In this document: piece by piece, positions 50,801-59,468 of the stretch
Layout: each line of letters opens with the position of its first letter
How positions within the stretch are numbered: position 1 is the stretch's first letter
Source of the DNA: a bacterium
Lineage (GTDB): Bacteria; UBA8248
Length of the DNA stretch: 64,000 bases
Assembly (NCBI GenBank): GCA_965203325.1
Contig: OZ241875.1
Location: 2,784,001-2,848,000, forward strand
Direction: 5' to 3'
Position numbers and translations under genes: made by a program
The notes under the pieces: model-generated
Database searches by the model: none
The model's input: the letters and a program-made list of their open reading frames with translations, nothing else
What the model was told of the DNA's origin: nothing

Positions 50801-52264
50801 CCCGTCTTCCGCCACCGGCTCGGGTAGTGACACGGTGATCGGCAGTGCGGAACCCACGGGTTCAACCATGGAGCCGGCGGTGGAATCCCCCTCCGATTCT
50901 TCGTATCTTTCCACGACGATGTGCGCGTTCGTGCCCGACCAGCCGAACCCGCTTACCCCCGCCCTCGGGGGATGATCGGGATGGCGCGGCCACTCCGTCG
51001 CCTCCGCCGTCACCTGCAGGGACATTTGTTCCCAGTCCACCGCCGGAGTGGGTTCCTGGAAGTGAAGGTGTTTGGGAATCACCCCTTGCTTCAGGGCCAG
51101 CGCCGTCTTGATCACGCCTGCGACCCCCGCCGCAGACTCCAAGTGACCGATGTTCGTCTTCACCGAGCCGATCAGGAGCGGGCGGTCCGCATCGCGGCCC
51201 TTGCCGTAAGCTGCCGCCGCCGCTTCCAGCTCGATGGGGTCGCCCACCTCCGTTCCCGTCCCGTGCGCTTCGAGGTAATCCACTTCATGGGGCCTGATTC
51301 CGGCTTGCGCGAGCGCATCCGCTATCACTCGTTCCTGCGCTGGGCCGCTCGGCACCGTCAGCCCCGGACTCGCGCCGTCCTGGTTGATGGCCGACCCGCG
51401 AATGACGCCCCAGATGCGGTCGCCGTCCGCTTCCGCCTCTGCGAGCCGTTTGAGCGCCACGATCCCGCAGCCCTCGCCCCGTACGTACCCGTTCGCGGCG
51501 GCGTCGAACGTCGCGCACCGCCCGTCGGGCGAGAGCATCCCGGCGTTGCCGCGCAACTCCAGCAGGCGGCCCGAGAGGATCGTGTGCACCCCTCCCGCCA
51601 GGGCCAGATCCGCCTCCCCCCGCTGTAGGCCCGCCACCGCCTGGTGGATCGCGACCAGCGATGAGGAGCAGGCGGTGTCCAGCGCGATCGCCGGCCCCTC
51701 GAATCCCAGCGCGAAGGCGACCCGTCCGACGGCCGTGTTGAATGAAGTGCCGCTCACCGTATACAGGCTCGTGGCGGGTTCCGCGGTATCGCTGACCTCC
51801 ATGATCAGGCTGCGGTATTCGTTGTTGCTGACGCCTCCGTATACGCCGGTGCGGCTGCCCCTGAGCCGTTTCGGGTCCATCCCCGCATCCTCGAGCGCCT
51901 GCCAGCTCGTCTCCAGCATGAGCCGCTGCTGGGGATCCAGGAGTTGGGCCTCGACTGGCGAAATGCGGAAAAACGCGGCGTCGAACCGGTCGATCTCGTC
52001 GAGATAGGCGCCGAAGCGGCAGGCCGGGCTCTGGATTTCGGCGTCGGGGAACAGCACGCCCACGCGCCCGATGCCTGAACCCGGAACGCCCTCGGTCACC
52101 GCGTTCTCTCCGGCCTCGAGCAGACGCCAGAAGGCCGGAATGCCGACGGCATTGGGAAAGCGGCACGCCATGCCCACAATCGCTATGGGATCTCCTCGCC
52201 GGGAAGCTTCCGGCGCGCCGACGTCAGATCCCTCGGAAGGATCGAAATTTCCGTCCGCGTTCAT
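41888..52264 (-). CDS. supA: Type I PKS/FAS-like synthase, SupA-like: KS-AT-DH-MT-ER-KR-ACP-KS-AT0
   Basis: KS1 DTACSSS/HGTGT/NIGHLE; AT GHSVG/AFHS; DH HRVFGRVIAP; MT EVGAGTG; ER HAGAGGVG; KR TGGLGGIG; ACP GMDSL; KS2 DMTCASS; AT2 GARAG. Architecture and neighbours match the sup operon. Confidence 0.9.
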   Translation of the reverse strand: MNADGNFDPSEGSDVGAPEASRRGDPIAIVGMACRFPNAVGIPAFWRLLEAGENAVTEGVPGSGIGRVGVLFPDAEIQSPACRFGAYLDEIDRFDAAFFRISPVEAQLLDPQQRLMLETSWQALEDAGMDPKRLRGSRTGVYGGVSNNEYRSLIMEVSDTAEPATSLYTVSGTSFNTAVGRVAFALGFEGPAIALDTACSSSLVAIHQAVAGLQRGEADLALAGGVHTILSGRLLELRGNAGMLSPDGRCATFDAAANGYVRGEGCGIVALKRLAEAEADGDRIWGVIRGSAINQDGASPGLTVPSGPAQERVIADALAQAGIRPHEVDYLEAHGTGTEVGDPIELEAAAAAYGKGRDADRPLLIGSVKTNIGHLESAAGVAGVIKTALALKQGVIPKHLHFQEPTPAVDWEQMSLQVTAEATEWPRHPDHPPRAGVSGFGWSGTNAHIVVERYEESEGDSTAGSMVEPVGSALPITVSLPEPVAEDGHIERETRLLPLSGKSEGALRDLAGRYLSWLDGRGEELASQSAASEPLLSDMAWTAGVGRSHFTHRAGLLFGDAKRLRERLSALAEGAEAPEARTTTKVAFLFTGQGSQWVGMGRDLYETEPVARAVLARCEEVVRAERGASLLDVMFGRGGGDLYDTVWAQPAIYALECAVTALWASLEVRPDVVVGHSVGEFGAAHTAGVFGLEDGMRAVMGRSEILSSVPEAGTMAAVFAPYTRVEAAVREYNEAAGSERLAIAARNGAHQVLSGQVSAVEAVSERFESEEVRVRPIHTSQAFHSPLVEPALDALEELFGGIEIAPPSLTTLVSNVTGRVVEPDEILGGAYWRRHAREAVAFDLGVRALANLGVDLVVEVGPHAVLGPMLSLTWPGPDEGADAAGVGIEAPLVLSSLQRPSQDEEKPADELEAGFMSAVAGAYEAGVDLSFEGLFAGETRRRISLPGYPFQRERYWVEGPKRRRQSAGHPLLGERHESAGGEITFETEVLPSDPAWMNDHRVFGRVIAPGALYGAMAISASTAEGSGTMLIEEMQFHNALIFGEEDSENGGDGREVQVLLEAPGEEPSRLVRIFSKGEAEEGWTLHAECRAPSEAGGRQSAEQIDLESLKAALSPEDVPAYYRAKAAVGIDLGPSFRTLGSVWSRAGEALGEVCWPEALGENALDVHPLLLDGCSQVMGAARNPGGAEDGITYLPFGWERLWLAEKLPDRLLCHVRMREAPKSQEPDAETGGSQEVFVADFLLCDENGTLIGELSGFMVKRATRAALLSAVEGLDDLLYEVVWRDSALPPGIQPADFLPSPVEVAERWEPFSSYLAAEGVDAEMRPAVLADLSCMARHFALAALEKLGWERKAGEAVDSEDLRERLGVQDQHSQLFRRMLELLERVGVLKSEGEGFLVAVGAGEPLPEGMPGDPEEFAAGVIERYAYASNEIGLFRRSAGALAEVLRGEEDPLSLLFGSGEPSAADLYFKAPVWRAANLMLRDAIRTLVAGLPDGRRLRVIEVGAGTGSATESVLPELPEGRFDYTYTDISAGFFAQAEGLFGDGGGCIEYRVLDIEKDPVEQGFDSHGYDLVIASNVLHATRYLEETLTHCRSLLAPSGHLVALENLCGQDWLDMTFGQLDGWWRFSDDCRPTYALAGPDVWRQSLDAAGFEGVEILGLGWGDSVEMPDRGVILAQLSEEVAERPGAWVLAADRGGAAEELAEELASRNQTVVLASEAGSADGGPADEKSGVIHTTLEMDSRESWGALLEGLPEDPPLSGVVHLAALDGHGPGATTAEMAEDVKRVGASALALAQAMSDADAAPGKGFWFLTRGAQVLERERGGELAGAVLWGFGKALARETSQMQPKMLDLDPEPTAPPVDLANELLYPDTENQIVHRGNRRRVARLVRAGEGAERLTLPEEPDWLLGVDEDGALSGLQAESPPLEPREVRVAVEAAGLNFWDVFAALGLIDEKFLGTEMCGHILEVGSEVSSVSVGDRVVGVKRGARGMFGPESVTHEELVAPAPADLPAAALATMPTVFLSAALSYELAGLKAGDRVLIHAGAGGVGLAAIQLAQAAGAEVFATASAPKQAYLRSLGVAHVFDSRQTKFGEEILEATGGEGVDLILNSLTAEGFIDASLSCLAQGGRFVELAARDILSEEEMAAVRPDVTYHIVKLDAMKDDEPERPGALLKGIMARLAAGELTPLIHTRWPLAEARRAVEFMRDGRHIGKIVFTNSPLTRGRLREDRTYLVTGGLGGIGCAVADWLADRGAGAIVLNGRRPPDPEVEEAVESLRKRGFTVRVELADVTDPDAVDEMLARMDADLPPLGGVIHSVGVLSDGALGNQSWERFEGVLWPKVLGAWHLHRATEDRDLDMFVLFSSAAGVLGNPGQSNHSAANAFLDQLAAHRRALGLPGQAIAWGAWSEIGEAAEQRERISQSITATGIDWMTPQQGLRAFDRLVREDAANSMVLARDWSVFEKTLDNIPPFFEDLLSRAQDAEDDSPALADDLIARLGETPAAERESLLVSFLQQELQAVLRLPSAPEPTVGFFDLGMDSLMAVELRNRLNRAFADAYTAPNTVVFDYPDIAVLARHLAEELGDVGPAPAPQAQPEPERRPAVRREEEQIAVVGMACRFPGAPDIAAFWRLLEAGVDAVTDGRRGTGPWGGVAGDPAAEKDFYRQGGFIEGIDQFDAKFFGIRPIEARLMDPRQRLLLETTWQVLEDAGIDPAPLKGTRTGAYVGLGVSEYRDLVVAGGLDDSHIGNAPSVAIGRIAFAFGLMGPAVPLDMTCASSLVAVHQAAAALREGEVDLALAGGVHAVLSPPVSKFMAEFGMLSPSGRCRTFDADADGYVRGEGCGMVVMKRLSDAETDGDRIWGLVQGSAVNQNGASAALTVPNGTAQEQVLEDALSRSGFSPSEVDYLEVHATGSQLGDPIEVRASAAVYGRDRAPDRPLLLGTVKTNIGHLESAAGIAGLIKVLLAMKHGVIPKHLHFDDPNPHMDWDALPVRVTSEATAWPLVSDRPRRAGVSAFALSGTNAHVLVEGYGAPEEDSVAEAGRGSPAGSAQPVSVTLPDSVPKSQAAEGLRPRRTRLLPLSGKSGDALRESAERYLSWLDECAGELSAEGAAAEPLLSDMAWTAAVGRSHFAHRAGVAFEDAASLREGLGALAESDELPKPQTAARVAFAYAGEDDIRTGMGQELYESEPVARAVLDRCDEVLRVERGASLLDVMFDREGELDDPAWAQPAAFALECALTALWSSIGIRPNVVFGARAGEIAAAHAAGVFTLEEGLRFAARRGALMEAVSREEGAEAALYDLETALEGVVTALPSLTLVNQVTGRALNSGETMDGAYWRRQASEPAAFEGCAKTLAESGVEVVVEIGPDAAFVPQVLSAWPDLSGDAGASENGAAPPVVLSSLNRTSERGVGFVEAVARTYEAGLTLDFAGLFAGEERRRISLPGYPFQRRRFWFEAP

Positions 52265-52686
52265 CAATTTCTCCCTCAAGTTCAGATTTCTCCCGGCAAA
52301 TACCCCGCCACGCCGTCATCACATCGCTCTGGAACGAATCCATCATATAGCGCACCCACAGGGCGGCTCAACAATTTTTTTCCCGGCTGAATAAATTGCC
52401 GATTAAAAGCGCCCGGCGGCAATGCTTCGGAAACGGTGATTGCGCTTCAGGTTTCCATGAAGTGCGCGGCGGGCCGGAGGTTCGTCTCTTGTTTTTCCCG
52501 ACAGGTCTTTTTTCTTCCTTCCTGTATTGGAACCCTGGCAAGGGGGCAGGGGAGTTGTTCTCGGGATGCGCGGAGATGCGCCGGGGCGGGTGGACGACAG
52601 TGGGTGTGATTTCGTGGAGGCAGGCTCTGGAATCACCCCTCCGTTCGCTCAAAGTGAAAAAAGGTTTCGAAAAGGCGAAAAACGGA

Positions 52687-52695
52687 TGCTACAAT
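52687..52695 (+). promoter_or_regulatory. Possible extended -10 promoter element for rarA
   Basis: TGCTACAAT about 30 bp upstream of the start, followed by AAGGAG. Confidence 0.4.
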
Positions 52696-52724
52696 GAGGC
52701 GTTTTCACCGAAAAGGAGCGCACC

Positions 52725-54167
52725 TTGGAGAGAAGCCTGTTTGACCGGACAGAAGACGACGATAGCGGAGCGCAATCACCCCGAGTCGATCCGGGGGCGC
52801 CTTTGGCCGAGCGCATGCGTCCCCGAACGCTCGATGAGGTCTTGGGTCAGGATCACCTCATCGGCCCGGGCCGCGTGTTGAGGCGCGCCGTGGAGGAAGA
52901 TTCCTTGCGCCCGCTCATCTTCTGGGGGCCGCCCGGCACGGGCAAGACGACGCTTGCGCGCATCATCGCGGGAAAGACGAACGCGCACTTCATCACGCTG
53001 AGCGCGGTGCTCCACGGAGTGAAGGAGTTGCGCGCCGCCGTGGACGAGGCGAAGCGCATGCGGCTGAGAAAGGTGCGGACGATTCTGTTCATCGACGAGA
53101 TTCACCGCTTCAACAAGGCCCAGCAGGACGGCCTCCTGCCCCACGTGGAAAACGGCACGCTGACGCTCATCGGCGCCACGACGGAAAATCCCTCTTTCGA
53201 GGTCATACCGCCCCTGCTCTCCCGCGCGCGCGTTTTCGTGCTCGAGGGATTGAAGGAAGAGCACATTGTTGCACTGCTCCGCCGCGCCCTGGAGGATGCC
53301 GAACGCGGACTTGGGGCCTTGAAACTGGATGCGGAAGAAGACGCCCTGCGCCGCGTCGCGGTACTCAGCAGCGGAGATGCGCGCTCCGCCTTGAACATCC
53401 TGGAAGCCGCGGCCGCTCTCGCCGGCGAGAACCGCCGTATCGACTCCAAGCTGGTGGGCGAGGCCGCCCAGCGCAAGACGCTGCTCTACGACAAGGCGGG
53501 CGAGGAGCACTACAACCTCATCTCGGCCCTCCACAAGACCTTGCGGGCTTCCGACCCCGACGCCGCCCTCTACTGGCTCGCGCGCATGCTCGAAGGCGGC
53601 GAGGACCCCATGTACATCCTGAGGCGTCTCGTGCGCTTCGCCTCGGAAGACGTCGGCATGGCGGACCCGAACGCGCTCGCCGTGGCGACCGCCGCCCAGG
53701 GGGCGTTCCACTTCATCGGGCTCCCCGAGGGGAAGCTCGCCATCGCGCAGGCGGTGGTCTATCTCGCCCAGGCGCCCAAGAGCGATGCGGTCTACCGGGG
53801 CTTCGGGGCCGCCGAGCGCGCCGTGCGCGAGCGCGACGCCGCGCCCGTCCCGCATCATTTGAGGAACGCGCCGACCGGCCTGATGCGCGACCTGGGCTAC
53901 GGGGAGGGCTACAAGCACGCGCACGAGTTCGACGACGCGGTCGTGGAGATGGAGGGCATGCCCGAAGGGCTGCAGGGGACGCGGTTTTACCACCCCACCT
54001 CCCGGGGATTCGAGGCGGAGGTCCAGAAGAGGCTCGCCATGCGCGAGGAGATACTGAACGAACGCCTGGGCGAGCGCCTGAACGTGCCCGATGAACGGTC
54101 CATGGACGACCGCCGCCCTTCCGACCCCGCCATGCCGGGAAGAAGGGCGCGAAGGAAGGATAGGTGA
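52725..54167 (+). CDS. rarA: Replication-associated recombination protein A
   Basis: [43 protein letters not shown]. Confidence 0.95.
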   Translation: MERSLFDRTEDDDSGAQSPRVDPGAPLAERMRPRTLDEVLGQDHLIGPGRVLRRAVEEDSLRPLIFWGPPGTGKTTLARIIAGKTNAHFITLSAVLHGVKELRAAVDEAKRMRLRKVRTILFIDEIHRFNKAQQDGLLPHVENGTLTLIGATTENPSFEVIPPLLSRARVFVLEGLKEEHIVALLRRALEDAERGLGALKLDAEEDALRRVAVLSSGDARSALNILEAAAALAGENRRIDSKLVGEAAQRKTLLYDKAGEEHYNLISALHKTLRASDPDAALYWLARMLEGGEDPMYILRRLVRFASEDVGMADPNALAVATAAQGAFHFIGLPEGKLAIAQAVVYLAQAPKSDAVYRGFGAAERAVRERDAAPVPHHLRNAPTGLMRDLGYGEGYKHAHEFDDAVVEMEGMPEGLQGTRFYHPTSRGFEAEVQKRLAMREEILNERLGERLNVPDERSMDDRRPSDPAMPGRRARRKDR

Positions 54168-54214
54168 GGGAGGACTATTCCATAAGCAATTCTCTAGTGA
54201 AGGCGATTTTCTTT

Positions 54215-54234
54215 CGTCATTCCGGCGAATGACG
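54215..54234. repeat. Short CGTC-type REP-like hairpin
   Basis: CGTCATTC-CGGC-GAATGACG. Confidence 0.5.
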
Positions 54235-54293
54235 GCTCTTTGAGCGAACTCTACCAATCAGGGAAGAATAATCTTCACTGTGGCGGCCAACTT

Positions 54294-54321
54294 GTAGGGA
54301 CAGGTCGCGACCTGTCCCTAC
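54294..54321. repeat. GTAG-type REP-like palindrome
   Basis: Perfect 28-bp GTAGGGACAGGTCGCGACCTGTCCCTAC. Confidence 0.75.
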
Positions 54322-54390
54322 GATAACAGTCTCGCATCTCCTGACTGCTGGCAAACAATATCCCACCAAGAAGGTGTGTTTCCTGAAAGA

Positions 54391-55170
54391 CTAACCCGCC
54401 GCCGAGACGGACCTCCTGGATTCGAGCGCTTCGTCCATCTCTACGATAATCGCCTTCGCCGCGCCGAACGGCTCGTCGCTTTTCGTGATGGGCCTGCCCA
54501 CGACGAGATAGTCCGAACCCATGCGGATGGCATCCGCCGGCGTGGTGATTCGTTTGTGATCATCAGACGCGGCCCACGTCGGCCGGACTCCGGGGCTCAC
54601 GATATCGGCGTTCGGGAACCTTTCCCGGCAGGCCTTGATGGCGTCGCCTGAAACGATCAACCCGTCACAACCCTCATTGAGCAGCTTCTCTCCCCGGTCG
54701 AGGATGTATTGCGTCGAATCCGCGCCTTTTATCCCTTCGCTTCGCAGATCATCATCGCTCAGACTCGAAAGAAGCGGCACCATCAGGAGCTTGGGGTGCG
54801 CCGCATCCCCGCGGGTTTTGAGCGCGGTTTGAATCGTCCTGGTCGTCATGGCGTAAGGCATGGACTCGGTGAGCGTGATGAACCTGACGTTAAGCGCCAT
54901 GCAGCCCTCGATGAACCCGGCTATCGTGTTGCCGATGTCTCCCGAGAGCTTGAGATCGACGAACACCCCGCCTTCGCCTGCGCGGCGCTCCTGAAGCTCC
55001 TTGATGAACCCGAGCAGGTCCCCCGCCAGAAACAATTCGAGCCCGACCTTGAAGAAAGAGACGTTCTCGAGTTTTTCGACCAGCCCGAGCGCTTCCTCGT
55101 GCGCCGGCACGTCCAGCGCAACGATGAGGCGGTCCTTGCCGCTCAGGTTCGCCGCGGGTCTCTTCCCCAT
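54391..55170 (-). CDS. pyrF: Orotidine-5'-phosphate decarboxylase (divergent)
   Basis: LIVALD, KVGLE, DLKLSGDIGNT, SPGVR, LVVGRPI. Confidence 0.8.
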   Translation of the reverse strand: MGKRPAANLSGKDRLIVALDVPAHEEALGLVEKLENVSFFKVGLELFLAGDLLGFIKELQERRAGEGGVFVDLKLSGDIGNTIAGFIEGCMALNVRFITLTESMPYAMTTRTIQTALKTRGDAAHPKLLMVPLLSSLSDDDLRSEGIKGADSTQYILDRGEKLLNEGCDGLIVSGDAIKACRERFPNADIVSPGVRPTWAASDDHKRITTPADAIRMGSDYLVVGRPITKSDEPFGAAKAIIVEMDEALESRRSVSAAG

Positions 55171-55400
55171 CGACGCTCCTCCTGTTTTCTCGGGCGGGTA
55201 ATTCAGCAATTCATATGCGAAATCGCAAAGCCCTTATCTTATATTTTCCGAGGGAAATCAAAGGCTCATCCTTGATGCTGTGAAAGCCTGGTAAGGTCTG
55301 GTGTCAAGGGTTGCCCCGAACAGCCGGATACTTGAAAATCAGGAAAAACAACCCCCTGAAATGCCTCCTGAACAACCTGGCAGGCAATCTTTTCGTCTAG

Positions 55401-55799
<399 letters not shown>

Positions 55800-55878
55800 T
55801 GAATCGCCCTGCCGGATTCCTCGCCAGAGGGGGTTGTCGAAAAGAATTTCTCAATGAGGGAGTAACCCCCCAACCCCC

Positions 55879-56748
55879 CTAGCGAAACAACTCTATCTCG
55901 GCTTCCGCCTCTCCGTGGTAGACGGCCTTTGCCTTGAGCAGATCGTCGAGCACCAGCTTTTTGTCGCGCGGGTTTCTCAAGAGATACGCGGGATGGTACG
56001 TCGATAGGCAGGGGACTCCCTGGTAGCGCCCGAATTTGCCCCGCAGCCTGCCGATGGGCGTCTTCGTCTGGAGAAGCCACTGCGCGGCGAATTTTCCGAG
56101 CGCTAGGATGAGCCTGGGCTGGATGATGGCGAGTTGCTTGTGGAGATACGGCTCGCAGCAGTCTATCTCGTCCGGCTCGGGGTTGCGGTTGCCCGGCGGG
56201 CGGCATTTCAGGATGTTGCAGATGTAGACCTCCTGGCGCGGGACTTCGATGACGTTTTCGATCATCTTGGTCAGCATCTGGCCCGCGCGGCCCACGAAGG
56301 GAATCCCCTCCGCGTCTTCGTTTGCTCCCGGCGCTTCGCCGACGATGACGAGGTTCGCCGCCGGGTTCCCCACCCCGAACACGAGGTTCGTCCGGCCCGC
56401 TCCGAGCTTGCACCGCAAACAGCCGTCCACGGCGGCCTGGAGTTGGTCGAGCGACATCTCCGCTTCGGGGTCGAAGGGAAGCGGCGGCGGCTCGGGGCCG
56501 GGGTCTCTGCGTTTCGCCATGGGAGCCAGGGTAGGTGAAGATACGGGTGCTGCTTCAGGAATCAGGGCCTGCTGCTCGGGGTTGGGCGCGATTTCGGTTT
56601 CATGCGCTTGTGCGGGCGGGGCCGCCACCGGATGCGCCGTCTCGGGAAGCGTCTCCTGCGGAGTTCCCAGAGTCACGTAACCGATACCTGCGGCTCGCTG
56701 GTTTTGCAGATGCACCAGTAATTCTCTGGCGAGCTCAGAACGGTTCAT
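55879..56748 (-). CDS. Uracil-DNA glycosylase family 4
   Basis: CLRCKL, GEAPG, PFVGRAG, KCRPPGNR, YHPAY; start adjusted. Confidence 0.92.
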   Translation of the reverse strand: MNRSELARELLVHLQNQRAAGIGYVTLGTPQETLPETAHPVAAPPAQAHETEIAPNPEQQALIPEAAPVSSPTLAPMAKRRDPGPEPPPLPFDPEAEMSLDQLQAAVDGCLRCKLGAGRTNLVFGVGNPAANLVIVGEAPGANEDAEGIPFVGRAGQMLTKMIENVIEVPRQEVYICNILKCRPPGNRNPEPDEIDCCEPYLHKQLAIIQPRLILALGKFAAQWLLQTKTPIGRLRGKFGRYQGVPCLSTYHPAYLLRNPRDKKLVLDDLLKAKAVYHGEAEAEIELFR

Positions 56749-56782
56749 CGTCTTGGACCGGCGGGCGCTTCGGAAATAGGAT

Positions 56783-58021
56783 TCAGGTGTTGATACTCTG
56801 CCACATTTTGGCGAGGCGGTCGAGGATGCGCCCCGCCAGAATCCCTTTTTCGAGGACGGGGAGCGCTTCCGTCGCGTTTGAGTCGATGATCCAGGCGCGC
56901 GAGGCGTCCGCACCCATCGCGTCCTCATTGCCCGAGACCCTGTTCGCCACGATGAGGTCCAGCCTTTTTCGCGCGAGCTTCTCCTTCGCGCGATCGACCA
57001 CATCATCAGTCTCGGCGGCGAAGCCGACGAGGATTCTGTCTCCCTTTTCGCTTGAGAGCTCGGCGAGTATGTCCGTCGTCCGTTCGAGTTCCACCGCAAG
57101 AGGCGCGTCGCCTTTTTTGCGCTTCTGGGCCGATGGGTCGACTGGGCGGTAGTCCGCCACGGCGGCGGCCATGACGAGGGCGTGCGCATCCGCCCATTCG
57201 CTCTTCACCGCCTCGTACATCTCGGCGGCGGACTCCACGCGGACGACGCGCACTCCCGGCGGGTCGGCAAGAGCGGCAGGGCCGCTTACCAGAACGGCGT
57301 CCGCGCCGCGCCTCGCGGCCTCTCCCGCGATAGCGAAGCCCATCTTGCCGCTTGAGCGGTTCGAGAGATAACGCACGGCGTCCCATCTCTCCCGCGTGGG
57401 ACCCGCCGTGACCACCAGCTTCATGCCCGAAAGGTCCGGCTCGGGAAGCAGAATCCGGCGGGCGGCGAGAAGAATCTCCCCCGGCTCGGGCATGCGCCCC
57501 CGGCCGGTTCCCTCCTCGGCGCGTGCCATGCGTCCCACGCCCGGCGCCATGACGACGTGGCCCCTCTCGCGCAGGACGGCGACGTTCTCCTGAACGGCGG
57601 GCGAAGCCCACATGCGCGGGTTCATCGCGGGGGCGACGAGGGTGGGCGGCCTGGCGGAGAGCAAGAGCGTGGAGAGAAAATCATCCCCCACCCCTTGCGC
57701 GAATTTCCCGATGATGTTCGCCGTGGCCGGCGCGATGATGATGAGGTCTGCGCTCTCCGTCAGGGAGATGTGCGGCATGTCACCCGTGGATCCGCCCCCC
57801 TCGATGGGGAACATTTTTTGGATGGGCGTCACCCCCGTGAGCACCTCGAAGGGCAGCGGCTGCACGAACGAGGCGGCGCTCTCCGTCAGGACCGTCTGCA
57901 CGTCGGCGCCGTCCAGGACGAGCAGGCGCGCCAGGTCTATCGATTTATACGAGGCGATGCCGCCGGACACGCCGAGGACGGTTTTTTTGCCGGAAAGGGG
58001 GGCCGGGGCATTTTCGCTCAC
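56783..58021 (-). CDS. coaBC: Bifunctional PPC decarboxylase/synthetase
   Basis: GGIASYK, APATAN, PAMN, TAGPTRE, NRSSGKMG, AAVAD, GFAAET. Confidence 0.95.
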   Translation of the reverse strand: MSENAPAPLSGKKTVLGVSGGIASYKSIDLARLLVLDGADVQTVLTESAASFVQPLPFEVLTGVTPIQKMFPIEGGGSTGDMPHISLTESADLIIIAPATANIIGKFAQGVGDDFLSTLLLSARPPTLVAPAMNPRMWASPAVQENVAVLRERGHVVMAPGVGRMARAEEGTGRGRMPEPGEILLAARRILLPEPDLSGMKLVVTAGPTRERWDAVRYLSNRSSGKMGFAIAGEAARRGADAVLVSGPAALADPPGVRVVRVESAAEMYEAVKSEWADAHALVMAAAVADYRPVDPSAQKRKKGDAPLAVELERTTDILAELSSEKGDRILVGFAAETDDVVDRAKEKLARKRLDLIVANRVSGNEDAMGADASRAWIIDSNATEALPVLEKGILAGRILDRLAKMWQSINT

Positions 58022-58599
58022 GGGGAATCGACCTCCCCGCGATGCAAAAGGATTATTTTTTTGAGTTCGCAGAATGCGGCGTCCAGGTCGTCGTTGATGA
58101 TGACGTGATCGTACCGGTGGCTTTGCGCCATCTCTTCTTCGGCTCTCGAGAGCCGGAACTCGACGTCCTCCCCGGTTTCAGACGCCCGGTGCGCGAGGCG
58201 TTTGGCCAACTCGTCCAGCGAGGGCGGCATGACGAATATGAGGCTCGCTTCGGCTCGCTTCTGCTTGACCTGCAGGGCGCCCTGGACGTCGAGGTCCATG
58301 ATCACGTCATCTCCCCCGGCCAGATGCGTGTCGACCGCCTCTGCGGGCGTTCCGTAGCATTCCTCGAAAACCCGCGCCCATTCGAGAAGCTCGTTTCCGG
58401 CGATCATCTCCTCGAACCGCGTCTGTTCCATGAAATAATAATGAACCCCGTCCTGTTCATAGTCGCGCCTCGGACGCGTGGTCGCGCTTATCGAGTGCCA
58501 GATGTCGGGCAGTTCCCGGCAGGAGCGGTCGATGAGCGTGGATTTGCCCGCCCCCGAGGGTGCGGAGAGAACGAAGAGATGGCCCCGGCTTCCCATCAT
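58018..58599 (-). CDS. gmk: Guanylate kinase
   Basis: APSGAGKST, TTRPRR, YGT, DVQG, INDD. Confidence 0.95.
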   Translation of the reverse strand: MMGSRGHLFVLSAPSGAGKSTLIDRSCRELPDIWHSISATTRPRRDYEQDGVHYYFMEQTRFEEMIAGNELLEWARVFEECYGTPAEAVDTHLAGGDDVIMDLDVQGALQVKQKRAEASLIFVMPPSLDELAKRLAHRASETGEDVEFRLSRAEEEMAQSHRYDHVIINDDLDAAFCELKKIILLHRGEVDSP

Positions 58600-59468
58600 T
58601 CCACGTTCTGCACTTGTTCGCGGATTTTCTCGATGGCGCTCTTCACCTCGACCGCGCTCTGGGTGAGGGTCAGGTCGATGGATTTGGACGAAATCGTGTT
58701 GGCCTCGCGGTTCATCTCCTGGGTGAGGAAATCGAGTTTACGGCCGATGGGGCCTTCGCTCTCGAGCATCTCGCGAAACTGGACGACGTGGCTGTCGAGA
58801 CGGCTGAGTTCCTCGCTGATATCGCCGCGTTCGGCGGCGTAGATCATCTCCTGCTCGAGCCTCCCCTCGTCCAACTCGACACCGTCGGCGATTTCGAGAA
58901 TCCGCTCGCGTATCCGCTCGGTGAGGAGCCTGCGCGCCTCGGGCAGGCGTTCGCGTATCTCTTCGCACCCCTCTTTCACCGTGGCGAGGTGTTCGCGGAT
59001 GTCTTTGGCGAGCGCATCCCCTTCTTTTGCGCGCATCTCTCCCAGGGCGCCCAGTGCATTGCCGAGCGACTCCATCAGCACGGCCTTCAAGTCGTCCTTG
59101 TCGGGTTCGGGCTCCGCTGTTTTGAGCAGGTCGCGGAAGCCCGTGAGTATCGAAAGGTCGACCTCGCCCGCGATTCCCAGCTCGTCTTTCAGGGATTTCA
59201 GGGTAGAGAGCAGGGATTTCGCGGCTTCTGCGTCGATGGGCGACGCGTGGTTCCCCTCCTCGCCCCAGCGGATATAGATGTCGAAACGCCCGCGGGAGAA
59301 ACGCTTTTTCACCGCATCGCGCACCTCATTCTCAAGAGCCAGCGACCAGCGCGGCCCCCGGCAGGAGACCTCCAGATAGCGGTGGTTCACCGAGCGCGCC
59401 TCCACGTTGACCGAAGCCTCGCCCAGCAGCCTCTCTCCCGCGCCGTAACCCGTCATGCTGTCTATCAT
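58596..59468 (-). CDS. yicC: YicC/YloC family endoribonuclease
   Basis: SMTGYG, RSVNHRY, EELSRL, GRKLDF, REQVQNVE. Confidence 0.93.
   Translation of the reverse strand: MIDSMTGYGAGERLLGEASVNVEARSVNHRYLEVSCRGPRWSLALENEVRDAVKKRFSRGRFDIYIRWGEEGNHASPIDAEAAKSLLSTLKSLKDELGIAGEVDLSILTGFRDLLKTAEPEPDKDDLKAVLMESLGNALGALGEMRAKEGDALAKDIREHLATVKEGCEEIRERLPEARRLLTERIRERILEIADGVELDEGRLEQEMIYAAERGDISEELSRLDSHVVQFREMLESEGPIGRKLDFLTQEMNREANTISSKSIDLTLTQSAVEVKSAIEKIREQVQNVE

Noticed and set aside
42480..52180. Near-identical DNA patches between the two KS-AT halves of the PKS
   Set aside because: Expected from module duplication within a PKS; not a separate repeat element.
52280..52724. Short ORFs and hairpins between supA and rarA
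   Set aside because: No recognisable protein or RNA motif; consistent with a divergent promoter region.
52776..54257. 493-aa ORF antisense to rarA, and similar ORFs opposite yicC, rqcH and the permease
   Set aside because: Shadow ORFs of well-supported genes.
56749..57189. N-terminal extension of the UDG ORF (436 aa in the track)
   Set aside because: Overlaps coaBC in another frame; the plausible start is the ATG at 56748.
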